In this document: positions 30,056-38,920 of the stretch, piece by piece
How the letters are laid out: each line of letters opens with the position of its first letter
Numbering within the stretch: the first letter of the stretch is position 1
IMG/VR virus record: IMGVR_UViG_3300028883_000032
Location: 1 to 64,000 of that record
Direction: 5' to 3' (one strand)
Length of the DNA stretch: 64,000 nucleotides
Notes under the pieces: generated by a model
Databases searched by the model: none
What the model saw: only the letters and a program-made list of their open reading frames with translations
What the model was told of the DNA's origin: nothing
Translations under genes and position numbers: made by a program

Positions 30056-30445
30056 ATGACAGACATACTGAAACAGCAAGTTGGGGGTAGAACTAAATTT
30101 TTAGAAGTGGTTGATGTACAGATTAACAAGGAAACGTCAAGGGAAGGCGTGGAAGGTGAAAAAGCTGCGTTAATCTGCAATTTTAATGGAACCCATAGAT
30201 TCAAGGTAGATGAAATGTTGTTACATGATAGAAATGGGAATCTTCATGCAACAGGTTTATGGGTAAACACAAACGCAGACGGAAGCCACAAAGATACATC
30301 AGCTATCGCAAGAATACTGCGATACTACGGCGCTCCTACACTAGAGGATTTAGTCGGCAAAACAGTTAGGACACTGCCCAAAAAAAGCAATTACCTGGCT
30401 CTTGCCGCAAACGATGAAGTAACAGAAGAAGCCTTACCTTGGTAA
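30056..30445 (+). CDS. hypothetical protein, possible ssDNA-binding protein
   Basis: Beta-rich body with acidic tail ending EEALPW, reminiscent of SSB tails. Confidence 0.4.
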   Translation: MTDILKQQVGGRTKFLEVVDVQINKETSREGVEGEKAALICNFNGTHRFKVDEMLLHDRNGNLHATGLWVNTNADGSHKDTSAIARILRYYGAPTLEDLVGKTVRTLPKKSNYLALAANDEVTEEALPW

Positions 30446-30475
30446 GGCTTCCCCGCACTACAAACCAAATAGACT

Positions 30476-32785
30476 ATGTCGACTTATGACGTTAATTTTA
30501 GAATACTAAAGCTAAGAAACGAATTAAACGGACTCGGATTATCAAAAAACGCACTTGATCAAACACTTTACAATTGGGTCCAATTTAACAATAAAATAGC
30601 AAACTATTCGTTAAAATTCGGCGGATTGACTCTTATTAAAAAATTGGAATTACCACAGCAGGCTCCAGTATTTAAGAACCTATCCATAGCTTTAAAATGG
30701 GAGACACCGACAGCATTATATTCAGCTGACAGTGCCCAAGATGTAAATATATACATTTTATCAGATAGCTCTAACTTTGGTATCATCCCCACCAACAAAA
30801 TACTAATTATTCCGCCCAAACGAGATTATCACTTTTATAGTCTAACTGAGGCTGTTACAGTTGATGAGGAAAACATTGAAGAGGGGTTTCTTCAGGTTGT
30901 AGATTTTATTAATGGTATTAAAGATGATCTGCTAATTCCTTACAACATGACAAACCTGCTACCAAGCAAAGTACAAACTGAAGTAAGTTTAAGAAAGCAT
31001 TATTACGAAAACGGCCTACCCTTGGTAGACTTTAATAAGATGTGTGAGTATAGTAAAGAGCAACGAGATGAAATTGTAAACAAATGGTGTGAGCTTACTC
31101 TTCATTCCACATTTGAAAAAGCTTTTCCGAATGTATACTCTTACTACAATGATATCAAAAACTATAAATACGAAAACCCAATGTATGGAAGAATAGTAGA
31201 CGTTGCCGAACACAAAGATAATGGTGACAGATACTATATTATCGCTCTCCCAGAAAGAAAGAAGTTGGGGTTGGAAAAAATAGTAATAGAGGGAGTAAAG
31301 AATCTAAAACTAACTTCCGGTAAGATAACATCAAAATCGGAATACTGGCCATACATTGATGTTGGTAGGTATTTGTATTATCGGGTGCCTGAGATAGTAA
31401 TTAACCGTATAAAAGGAGACAGTCCTGGGGATAGGGCCATTAGGACCTATTATTACCATAACGATTATTATAGGACTGGTACACGAGACCCCTTATCAGA
31501 GATTTGGGGGATGTTCATAGACGAAAACCCCCTTCTACCTCAAAACCCAATACCTTTACAAAATCATTTAAATGACGATCACAGAAGAGTACAGGAACAA
31601 AATTTTGTAACCTTGCTAGATAATAGGCAGGTTAAAAGATTAGTTAAACAGCATGAGCAAATTCAGGATCGGCTAAAAAAAGAAGAAAAGCTGGAAAAGC
31701 TTTTAAAAACAAAGTGGGAACATAAATTTGAAATACTCAACGAAGACCCGTCGGCTTCCATACAATTAGATGACATAATATTCACAGGTAAAAGGGCGAT
31801 ATTTAGACCGCCAAACGTAGATGACCCTGAGCAGCCTATTGAATGTTCTGCCATAAAAGTAACCGACGTATTAAGAAGTCTTCTTTCTAAGCATTCTCCT
31901 GATCAAATATCGTTTCTTATGTATTTAGAGAATCTTTCTGCACATATTATTAAAAAAGTAGTAGAAGAGGGTAAAACTAATAATGTTACGGGAGTAATAG
32001 GAAACATTTCCTATAAATTACATTTTACCGAGACAGAAACAAAAACTGGCAGTTGCATGAGAAGGTACTTTATAAATGGGTATCGTGTAAACAAAGATGA
32101 AATGGCTCAAATACTAGATGCAGGGCTTTGTTTCAGAAGTACTCCAGAGTTTAATTCTTGGTTAAAAACCGTATCTAGATATTCGTTAAGAATACACGGA
32201 TTGATACAAAGAGGACTTGAGGCATCAGTTACGGATTCTTTAGCCTTTGACAACAACAAAAAATTCAATATAAAACTAACCTTGGAAAGACACGGTAGTA
32301 GGAATTATATTAAAAATGAAACCGATCTTTTTCAGATTCACGATATAAATAGGTTAGAAACAATCCAACGAGCGCGTCAGATGGATCATATAATATCCAT
32401 ACTTACCGATCCAAAAATATCAGATATTGGATACGAACATGTTACAAAAATACTCAAGGATGCCAGAAAGTACTACGAAGATGCTATTGAAAAAAGTCAA
32501 GCACTGCTTAATAAAACAATAGAGAAATATGGAGTTGTTAAAGATACAAAAAATGGCATGAATGGGTATGTAGTACAAGGAAAATTAAGATCGTATTTCA
32601 TAGAGCACAGTAGCAACGCAACCGTTTATTCATTGCCTAAAATGAGGCCTCTTTGCATAGTTGAAAAAACAGGCCACGGCAGAGATCCAAATGACCAAGT
32701 TGGCATGGATAAAATATATAATAGAATAATGATGCTGCGAAATGACCATCTTGTATTAGATAAAGTTCACACTTTAAACTTTTAA
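30476..32785 (+). CDS. large hypothetical protein heading the Ubl/JAB/E1 module 1
   Basis: 769 aa; coiled-coil segments; C-terminal VQGKLRSY.I..LCIV..D..ND domain with a single Cys. Confidence 0.7.
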   Translation: MSTYDVNFRILKLRNELNGLGLSKNALDQTLYNWVQFNNKIANYSLKFGGLTLIKKLELPQQAPVFKNLSIALKWETPTALYSADSAQDVNIYILSDSSNFGIIPTNKILIIPPKRDYHFYSLTEAVTVDEENIEEGFLQVVDFINGIKDDLLIPYNMTNLLPSKVQTEVSLRKHYYENGLPLVDFNKMCEYSKEQRDEIVNKWCELTLHSTFEKAFPNVYSYYNDIKNYKYENPMYGRIVDVAEHKDNGDRYYIIALPERKKLGLEKIVIEGVKNLKLTSGKITSKSEYWPYIDVGRYLYYRVPEIVINRIKGDSPGDRAIRTYYYHNDYYRTGTRDPLSEIWGMFIDENPLLPQNPIPLQNHLNDDHRRVQEQNFVTLLDNRQVKRLVKQHEQIQDRLKKEEKLEKLLKTKWEHKFEILNEDPSASIQLDDIIFTGKRAIFRPPNVDDPEQPIECSAIKVTDVLRSLLSKHSPDQISFLMYLENLSAHIIKKVVEEGKTNNVTGVIGNISYKLHFTETETKTGSCMRRYFINGYRVNKDEMAQILDAGLCFRSTPEFNSWLKTVSRYSLRIHGLIQRGLEASVTDSLAFDNNKKFNIKLTLERHGSRNYIKNETDLFQIHDINRLETIQRARQMDHIISILTDPKISDIGYEHVTKILKDARKYYEDAIEKSQALLNKTIEKYGVVKDTKNGMNGYVVQGKLRSYFIEHSSNATVYSLPKMRPLCIVEKTGHGRDPNDQVGMDKIYNRIMMLRNDHLVLDKVHTLNF

Positions 32786-32797
32786 CCATTATTAGTA

Positions 32798-33619
32798 ATG
32801 TACAAACACGACGAACCACAGAAAATCAAATTTAGTGTTGTATCCGTAAATGGGGACGATGAATTTGAAATGTTTCCAGCGGATGCTTTGGAAGAAATGA
32901 AACGTCTAGTAAATAACCATGGAAAATGGTTATATGAAGACGGTGACATAGTAAATGTAATGGATCTTACTCCTGGAGATCTAAACCCGAATAGAGATTA
33001 CGAACTTGGAAATCTGTTAAAGGGCGGTGTAGCCATAGATGAATCATGTCGGGAGACAGAAAGCGATGGGTGCTGTTGTGAACCAGAAGGTCGCTGTGAT
33101 GAGACTTCAAAACAATTAGAACTTGGAGATCCACAAAAGTATTTTTACTCCACACAACTTAATACAGTGGATAATCAGGAATTTGATTTTATGATCTGGG
33201 TCAATGATGAAAAGAAAGAAATTACTGGCCAACTACGTAAGGATCGCGGAAGATTTTATGTAGCTAATAGAGACGACATCGCAGAGATACTATATTCTGT
33301 ACTACACAATCTGAGTGTTGTGGAGACTCGAAAAATAGCAGAACCATTGAACGTGCCGTCATATGAATTTCAATTCCGTAATACTCGTACACGTATTGCT
33401 GAAGGATACAACTTCTTTTTTGATGTTTCTGGTGATCCAATGATAACCTTAAACTACGACATTAAAGATAACATACTGACCGTTGGGATTAATAACAACT
33501 TAAGGTTTAGAGCCATGAAGCATCAACGAGAACTAAAAGCTTTTGTTGGTAAGCAAATGGTAGCATTCGGACAACAGTATGTACAGGACATGGCGAAGCT
33601 AACAGGCCTTCGCGGCTAA
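32798..33619 (+). CDS. putative ubiquitin-like (beta-grasp) domain ending in GG, fused to C-terminal domain
   Basis: 77-aa N-terminal unit ending ELGNLLKGG, Cys-rich acidic linker, ~190-aa C-domain; adjacent to JAB and E1. Confidence 0.55.
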   Translation: MYKHDEPQKIKFSVVSVNGDDEFEMFPADALEEMKRLVNNHGKWLYEDGDIVNVMDLTPGDLNPNRDYELGNLLKGGVAIDESCRETESDGCCCEPEGRCDETSKQLELGDPQKYFYSTQLNTVDNQEFDFMIWVNDEKKEITGQLRKDRGRFYVANRDDIAEILYSVLHNLSVVETRKIAEPLNVPSYEFQFRNTRTRIAEGYNFFFDVSGDPMITLNYDIKDNILTVGINNNLRFRAMKHQRELKAFVGKQMVAFGQQYVQDMAKLTGLRG

Positions 33620-33644
33620 TAATATTACCATTTAACGGGAGTGT

Positions 33645-33679
33645 GGTGGGTTAGATTAAGCTCTAACCCACCTTTTTTT
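33645..33679 (+). terminator. rho-independent terminator
   Basis: GGTGGGTTAGA-ttaagc-TCTAACCCACC + T7. Confidence 0.75.
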
Positions 33680-33685
33680 AATGTT

Positions 33686-34117
33686 ATGAAAAGACAAATT
33701 TACATAAAAAACAACTTAATAGAGCACTTTGATGTATTAGGAAGAGCATACTACCCACAAGAAATTTGTGGCATATTAACTGGGCGAAACTTAAATGGAT
33801 TGTATACAGTACGTAATTTTCACTGGATAGATAACATCAGTAAGGAGCCCGGTAAATGGGATTTTACAATGGATCCCGAACAATATATGGATGTAGTAAG
33901 GGCCTTTATTAGTTCCAAATTCTCGGAAGTAGTGGGTATTTTTCACACTCACCCCAATGGTCCAAGTGTTCCTTCACTTATAGACACGAAGTATGCAACC
34001 CAAGCAGGAGATAAGATACCGTGGGTAATATATTCTGTAAGAGATAAACAGACTCAATCTTGGTACTATAATGGTAAAGAATTTGAACTTATGGATGTAG
34101 AGGAAATATATGAGTAA
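33686..34117 (+). CDS. JAB/MPN (Mov34) metalloprotease
   Basis: PQEICGIL..HTHPNGPSVPSLID (E..HxH..S..D). Confidence 0.92.
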   Translation: MKRQIYIKNNLIEHFDVLGRAYYPQEICGILTGRNLNGLYTVRNFHWIDNISKEPGKWDFTMDPEQYMDVVRAFISSKFSEVVGIFHTHPNGPSVPSLIDTKYATQAGDKIPWVIYSVRDKQTQSWYYNGKEFELMDVEEIYE

Positions 34118-34733
34118 AGTAAAAGTAGCTATTGTTGGTCTTGGGGGCATTGGTTCTTGGCTAGTCAACCATATTAATTGGTTGGTAAATAGGGGCCAAA
34201 TAGACACGTCATTAATTGAATTTCATGGATATGATGATGATGAAGTGGAAGACAAAAATACACGCTATCAATGTTTTGAGCCAGAAGATATATTTGACTC
34301 TAAAGCAGCTGCTCTTGAAATTAGATTCTTACCCGTTAGTGGAGAACACTGGTTTTTTGGACACGAAGAAAGAATTACAAATGTGGGAAAACAGCTTGGA
34401 GATGCAAACCTTATTATCTCGGCTGTCGATAACCTCAAGTTTAGAAAGGCTCTTTTTGAGTTCTGCTTGGATAAAGAGATCCACTGGTTTGATTTTCGTT
34501 CAGAAGGACGAGCTATAATGGCTCTAACCAAACACCCCTCCAACAATGTTGAAAAGCTTGAAATGTTTACTGCTGGAGATCAAGAAGAGAACGGATCATG
34601 TCAATTAGCAGCCGATTTGGAAAAAGGTTTAGTGCAACTTGGCAATCAAATTATTGCTCAAATAGGGGCTCAATACCTGCTAAACTGGTGGAGAGACATC
34701 CCTAATCCAGCACAATTTATAAGGAAGTTTTAA
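34110..34733 (+). CDS. ThiF/E1-like adenylating enzyme
   Basis: GLGGIGSW, DDDEVEDKNTRYQ, K, AVDNLKFR, D.RSEG, candidate catalytic Cys GSCQ. Confidence 0.9.
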   Translation: MSKVKVAIVGLGGIGSWLVNHINWLVNRGQIDTSLIEFHGYDDDEVEDKNTRYQCFEPEDIFDSKAAALEIRFLPVSGEHWFFGHEERITNVGKQLGDANLIISAVDNLKFRKALFEFCLDKEIHWFDFRSEGRAIMALTKHPSNNVEKLEMFTAGDQEENGSCQLAADLEKGLVQLGNQIIAQIGAQYLLNWWRDIPNPAQFIRKF

Positions 34734-34970
34734 ATATGTCAATGTTTAGCGACATCTCCGATGAATTCTGGGCAAAGAGAATCTCAGAAGTTTTAATCGA
34801 AGTATACAAGTCTGGAAACGAAGAGCATAAGCAATTTTGTAAAGCTAAAATACTACCTCTTCTAGACTATAGCAACTCCTTTGAAGTCGTAAAAGAAGAA
34901 GAGGAAGCTAGAAAATTATATAAGGAAGTACCGTGAAAGTTTATGATGTATGGATGGAGAGTTTTGGATA

Positions 34971-35531
34971 ATGGCAATTTTTGTAACTTCAGATACCCAC
35001 TTCAACCATGAAAAGATTATTGGGTATTGCAATCGTCCATTTTCGGACGCAAAGGAGATGAACGAGGTTCTTATCAATAATTGGAATGAAACAGTGGGTC
35101 CCGAAGATACAGTCTACCATCTTGGGGATTTTGCCATGGGAGGACCGGCCAGGATATGTCCAATTTTTGATCAATTAAATGGTTATAAAATCCTAATAAG
35201 AGGTAATCATGACTACCTTGACAGGATTACAAAAGTTGGGTTTCCTCAAATAATATGTCATGGGATCATTCTCCCATTAACAGATAATCTACAAGTCGAG
35301 ATGGTTCACCGACCAATACAAAGTTTAACGTCTTTGCCTACACTATGTGGACATGTACACGACTTGTGGAAAAGTATAAAGCCTGGTGATAAACCAATTG
35401 TTTTACACTTTAAAGATGAACATGTGCCAGCTGTTTATAGCAAGAAAAATCATTGGTACATTAATGTCGGTGTAGACAATTGGGGGTTTAAACCAGTAAA
35501 CATACAAACAATCATTGAATTGTTGACTTGA
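34971..35531 (+). CDS. calcineurin-like metallophosphoesterase
   Basis: SDTHFNH, HLGDF, RGNHD, GHVH, NVGVD. Confidence 0.92.
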   Translation: MAIFVTSDTHFNHEKIIGYCNRPFSDAKEMNEVLINNWNETVGPEDTVYHLGDFAMGGPARICPIFDQLNGYKILIRGNHDYLDRITKVGFPQIICHGIILPLTDNLQVEMVHRPIQSLTSLPTLCGHVHDLWKSIKPGDKPIVLHFKDEHVPAVYSKKNHWYINVGVDNWGFKPVNIQTIIELLT

Positions 35532-35556
35532 CAAACAAATTATAATTGTATATATT
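35528..35556 (+). promoter_or_regulatory. sigma70-type promoter
   Basis: TTGACA-N17-TATATT immediately before the ncRNA candidate. Confidence 0.75.
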
Positions 35557-35564
35557 AGTAAGTA

Positions 35565-35774
35565 GCGCCTATTGAGTGCTGGAACAGGGTAGCCTGGAAT
35601 CACTACTTCACGCATGGGGCGTATGCGTAAATTACGTAATCCCCAATGTATGGCGGCATACGGGATGGCCAAAGTGTTGACGGTGGACTAGGACAGCACC
35701 CGGGTCCCACCTATAACCCCTGACTGTATTATTGAGCGGTTAAGTTGGCGCGTAGTGAACCCCGATGTAGGCGC
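35565..35774 (+). ncRNA. candidate structured ncRNA (family paralogue A)
   Basis: Ends pair (GCGCCTA/TAGGCGC); GC-rich, no + strand ORF; own promoter; motifs shared with 37633-37820. Confidence 0.6.
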
Positions 35775-35796
35775 GATGTTATAACCAACAAAAAAT

Positions 35797-36393
35797 GTGA
35801 CTAAAGTAATACTATCCCTGTTTGATTATACAGGAGAGTGGCCTCGTCCTTATAAAGAAGCAGGGTACCATGTAATACAAATTGACATAAAGCACGGTAT
35901 TGATATTTTAAGTGATGATAAGTACCACGTTTTAGACGGGTTACCAAAGAATTCAAGAGTTGTCGGAATTATGATGGCCCCGCCATGCACGGATTTCGCG
36001 GGCTCTGGAGCACGGTGGTGGCCAGAGAAAGATGCCAACGGTACGACAGTAGCATCTGTTCAACTAGTCCGTGAAGGGCTTAAAACTGTGATCTTTTACA
36101 AGCCTGATTGGTGGGTACTAGAAAACCCTGTTGGCAGACTGCCAAAACTTGTACCAGAGTTAGGCCAACCAACAATGTATTTTCAGCCTTGTGATTTCGG
36201 GGACCCATATACAAAGAAAACAGGTCTTTGGGGAACATTTAACATTCCTAAAAAGAACCCCGTTAAACCAACAGAAGGTAGTAAGATGTGGAGACGGTAC
36301 GGTGGTAAATCTGAACGTACTAAAGAGTTGAGATCTATTACTCCTGCCGGTTTTGCAAAAGCCTTTTATAGAGCAAATAGTATGAGCTGTTGA
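35797..36393 (+). CDS. DNA cytosine-5 methyltransferase (short type)
   Basis: LSLFD, MAPPCTDF (PC), VLENPVG (ENV-like). Confidence 0.85.
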   Translation: MTKVILSLFDYTGEWPRPYKEAGYHVIQIDIKHGIDILSDDKYHVLDGLPKNSRVVGIMMAPPCTDFAGSGARWWPEKDANGTTVASVQLVREGLKTVIFYKPDWWVLENPVGRLPKLVPELGQPTMYFQPCDFGDPYTKKTGLWGTFNIPKKNPVKPTEGSKMWRRYGGKSERTKELRSITPAGFAKAFYRANSMSC

Positions 36394-36439
36394 TGAAGTT
36401 GAAATGGTCTAAAACTAGTAAGCCGCTTAAGCGGCATAT

Positions 36440-36514
36440 CCAGGTGTAGCTCAGTCCGGCCAGAGCTCTCGGTTTGGGGCCGAGGGGCCGCAGGTTCGAA
36501 TCCTGCTACCTGGA
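36440..36514 (+). tRNA. tRNA-Pro(UGG)
   Basis: CCAGGTG/TACCTGG, loop TT-TGG-GG. Confidence 0.93.
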
Positions 36515-36517
36515 CAA

Positions 36518-37079
36518 TGGCAGACTTCCCCCATTAATTTACTACCAAAAAGGAGTATGATTATGACTAATCTACCAGTAGAAAAATGGGGATTTGATGA
36601 CATTTTTGCATCATTCGGTGGTTTTTTCGATAGTATGTTTAAACCCAGTAGTCTCGTTAGACAGGGGTTTTGTAAAACTCCAGACCAGTCTTTTCCTAAA
36701 TTTGATTTGAACTACCTTACAAATCAGAACGGAGACAATACAGGTGTAGTAATGCATTGTACAGTGCCAGGATGGGATAATGGTGGGCTGTCAGTGAAAG
36801 TTGAGGAAATTAACAGTAACATAGGAGTACTTGTTGTTTCCGGGGATAAACAAAATCGGCAGGAAGGTGAAAAAGCACAATTTAGCGGAATAAAACGAAG
36901 TAAGTTCCGTCGCTTCTTTGTGCTAAAACCTCTTGAAAAATATAATTTAGATGCGTTAGTAGCAAAATTAGAAAAAGGCATTTTAACAATAGAACTACCG
37001 TATAATGCGGAGTTTGATGTTGAGCAGGAAATAAAAGTTCGTAACATAGAAATCAATTAAATTGTGGGGAAGTCTGCCA
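36518..37079. repeat. 14-bp inverted repeat pair flanking the Hsp20 gene
   Basis: TGGCAGACTTCCCC at 36518-36531; GGGGAAGTCTGCCA at 37066-37079. Confidence 0.85.
36557..37060 (+). CDS. small heat shock protein Hsp20
   Basis: FP.FDL, VPGW, SGIKRSKFRRFF, AKLEKGILTIEL, C-terminal IEI. Confidence 0.85.
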   Translation: MIMTNLPVEKWGFDDIFASFGGFFDSMFKPSSLVRQGFCKTPDQSFPKFDLNYLTNQNGDNTGVVMHCTVPGWDNGGLSVKVEEINSNIGVLVVSGDKQNRQEGEKAQFSGIKRSKFRRFFVLKPLEKYNLDALVAKLEKGILTIELPYNAEFDVEQEIKVRNIEIN

Positions 37080-37532
37080 CTAAATTAACCAATTAAAACA
37101 ATGGAACAAGAGCAGGATGGCACAATCACAAGCATGCAAATACTTGGTTTGAGATATGATGTATTTATGAAACTACTGTCGTTTCATTTAGATCACATTG
37201 ATTCCGTAGAAATGAAAAGCCATATCCAAATAGCCGAACAAGCTAATAAAATCGTTAGTAAATTAATGGAATAAGAGAACGGAGAGTTAATCTACTATGT
37301 CATTAACCAAAAAGAATTATGACGTCCAGCAACAAGATGAAAAATAAAATCTTGGAGACAATTAATGGTCTCGATAGCGACTTATTCGAGCAGGCAGACG
37401 AATCGATTGCTGGAGCAGTGTTAACAGCACTAACTTATGGTGCAACATTTTTAACAGACATAGTAAGAGACTTAAAAGTTACAACAACTCTTAAACAGAG
37501 ATTAGTAGATATACTTTCTAAATAGACAACGT

Positions 37533-37609
37533 TGCGGGGTGGTCTAGACGGGTAGGACGCCGGGCTCATAACCCGGAGGTCGCGGGTTCGAATCCCGCCC
37601 CCGCTACCA
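37533..37609 (+). tRNA. tRNA-fMet(CAU), initiator
   Basis: 1:72 mismatch, GGG/CCC anticodon stem, loop CT-CAT-AA, CCA. Confidence 0.93.
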
Positions 37610-37632
37610 ACGACAAACATGACTAATCGATT

Positions 37633-37820
37633 ATGTAGCGGTCAACAGATTGCACATAAAAAGCACAGGGTCTCCGATATCCGCCGCTCATGGGGATTAA
37701 ACAGTGGTGATCAGGGCGTAGCGGACCCACCCATTACCCTGTAGCTTATTTTTTATCACGTGGCAACGTGTGAAGCGGGTTACGCCGGAATGTGGTCAAA
37801 TACTCGACCCCTCGCTATAT
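37633..37820 (+). ncRNA. candidate structured ncRNA (family paralogue B)
   Basis: Ends pair (ATGTAGCG/CGCTATAT); CAGGGT/ACCCTG stem; motif order shared with 35565-35774. Confidence 0.6.
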
Positions 37821-37840
37821 TAAATCAATCCGGCCCCCAT

Positions 37841-37940
37841 GTACCGGTAGTTCAAATGGTTTAGAACCTGCGTAAGTAGGGCAAGATCGCTGCCCGAAAA
37901 ACGCGGAGATGGAGGATTCGAAGACCTCCCCGGTATGCCA
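37841..37940 (+). ncRNA. tRNA-like RNA with hairpin inserted in the anticodon loop
   Basis: GTACCGG/CCGGTAT acceptor + GCCA, GTTC/GAAC D arm, 27-nt anticodon loop containing GGGCA/TGCCC hairpin, 9-nt T-loop. Confidence 0.75.
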
Positions 37941-37944
37941 TTTA

Positions 37945-38013
37945 AGCAGGGCGTGTAAGCGGATCCGCGGCTAAGCAAGCGTTTAGCTAGAATGTTCGAG
38001 CCATTCTCCTGCT
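37945..38013 (+). ncRNA. compact tRNA-like element
   Basis: AGCAGG/CCTGCT closing stem, GCGG/CCGC hairpin, GCTAAGC/GTTTAGC hairpin, AGAATG-TTCGAGC-CATTCT T arm. Confidence 0.5.
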
Positions 38014-38058
38014 GCGATTACAAGTTTTCGGAAAACGTTCCATAGGTAAAATAGGACT

Positions 38059-38856
38059 ATGCAGCGGTTTCCCAGAATGAAAGGAAATAACATAATGTTA
38101 TTAAACAGCCATGGTAGTGAGGTAGCACGCGTTTCAATAGAGAGAAACGGTGATCCTCTACGAGAGACTGCTGTAGGCAGTCAAAAATTAGTACATGTCC
38201 CTGATGGGGCAGAGTATGGTATTATGATTAAGAATCTAAACTACTCACAGATTCTTGCGGATGTGTGGATGGATGGCATCAAACTAACCTCCGAAAACCA
38301 ACTTTTACTTGATGGGTATCAAACGCTTCATTTGGAGCGGTTTCTTGATACAGACCGAAAGTTTAAGTTTGTACGATATGAGGGCAGTGGACAAGAAAAC
38401 AGCGTAGAAGAAAGAAACGCTGGAATAATTAGAGTGCGAATTTGGCACAATGTTGGGTATAGGCCAAAGCCATTTATTACTCAACCAACAATGTGGTGGC
38501 AAAACTATTCCTATCCAAGCATGTTCGCAAACCCAGCTCCGTATTCACAACAGTGCCGTAGTTCTTTCAATATGGAAATTGGAAACCAAAGTGTAATGTG
38601 TTGTTCTGATGCTAACTTGGTTTCAAGGTCGATTGGAGAGGAAGAAATAGGAACAACAGTGGAAGGCAGCAAATCTGATCAATCATTCCATGAGGTAACT
38701 ACTACTCAAAGGTTTCCTTATTGGGAAGAAATTATATTTAAGCTGGTTGTAGCAGACGAGCCAACTGCTGTTGCCCATAATTCAAAATTCTGCCCCAAGT
38801 GTGGAACTCGTAACAAAAATTACTCTTACTGTCCTGAATGTGGACAAAAGCTGTAA
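38059..38856 (+). CDS. hypothetical protein with C-terminal double zinc ribbon
   Basis: LERFLD..RKFKF core; CPKCG..CPECG. Confidence 0.75.
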   Translation: MQRFPRMKGNNIMLLNSHGSEVARVSIERNGDPLRETAVGSQKLVHVPDGAEYGIMIKNLNYSQILADVWMDGIKLTSENQLLLDGYQTLHLERFLDTDRKFKFVRYEGSGQENSVEERNAGIIRVRIWHNVGYRPKPFITQPTMWWQNYSYPSMFANPAPYSQQCRSSFNMEIGNQSVMCCSDANLVSRSIGEEEIGTTVEGSKSDQSFHEVTTTQRFPYWEEIIFKLVVADEPTAVAHNSKFCPKCGTRNKNYSYCPECGQKL

Positions 38857-38877
38857 AGACACGAAAGCAAACAACAC

Positions 38878-38903
38878 GGGGCTCGAAATCGGGCCCCTTT
38901 TTT
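38878..38903 (+). terminator. rho-independent terminator
   Basis: GGGGCTCG-aaat-CGGGCCCC + T run. Confidence 0.75.
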
Positions 38904-38920
38904 ATTATTTTGGAGTTATT

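Noticed and set aside
37841-37940. tmRNA or intron-containing tRNA
   Set aside because: Has a full D stem, no tag reading frame, no G3:U70 and no group I core in the 27-nt insert
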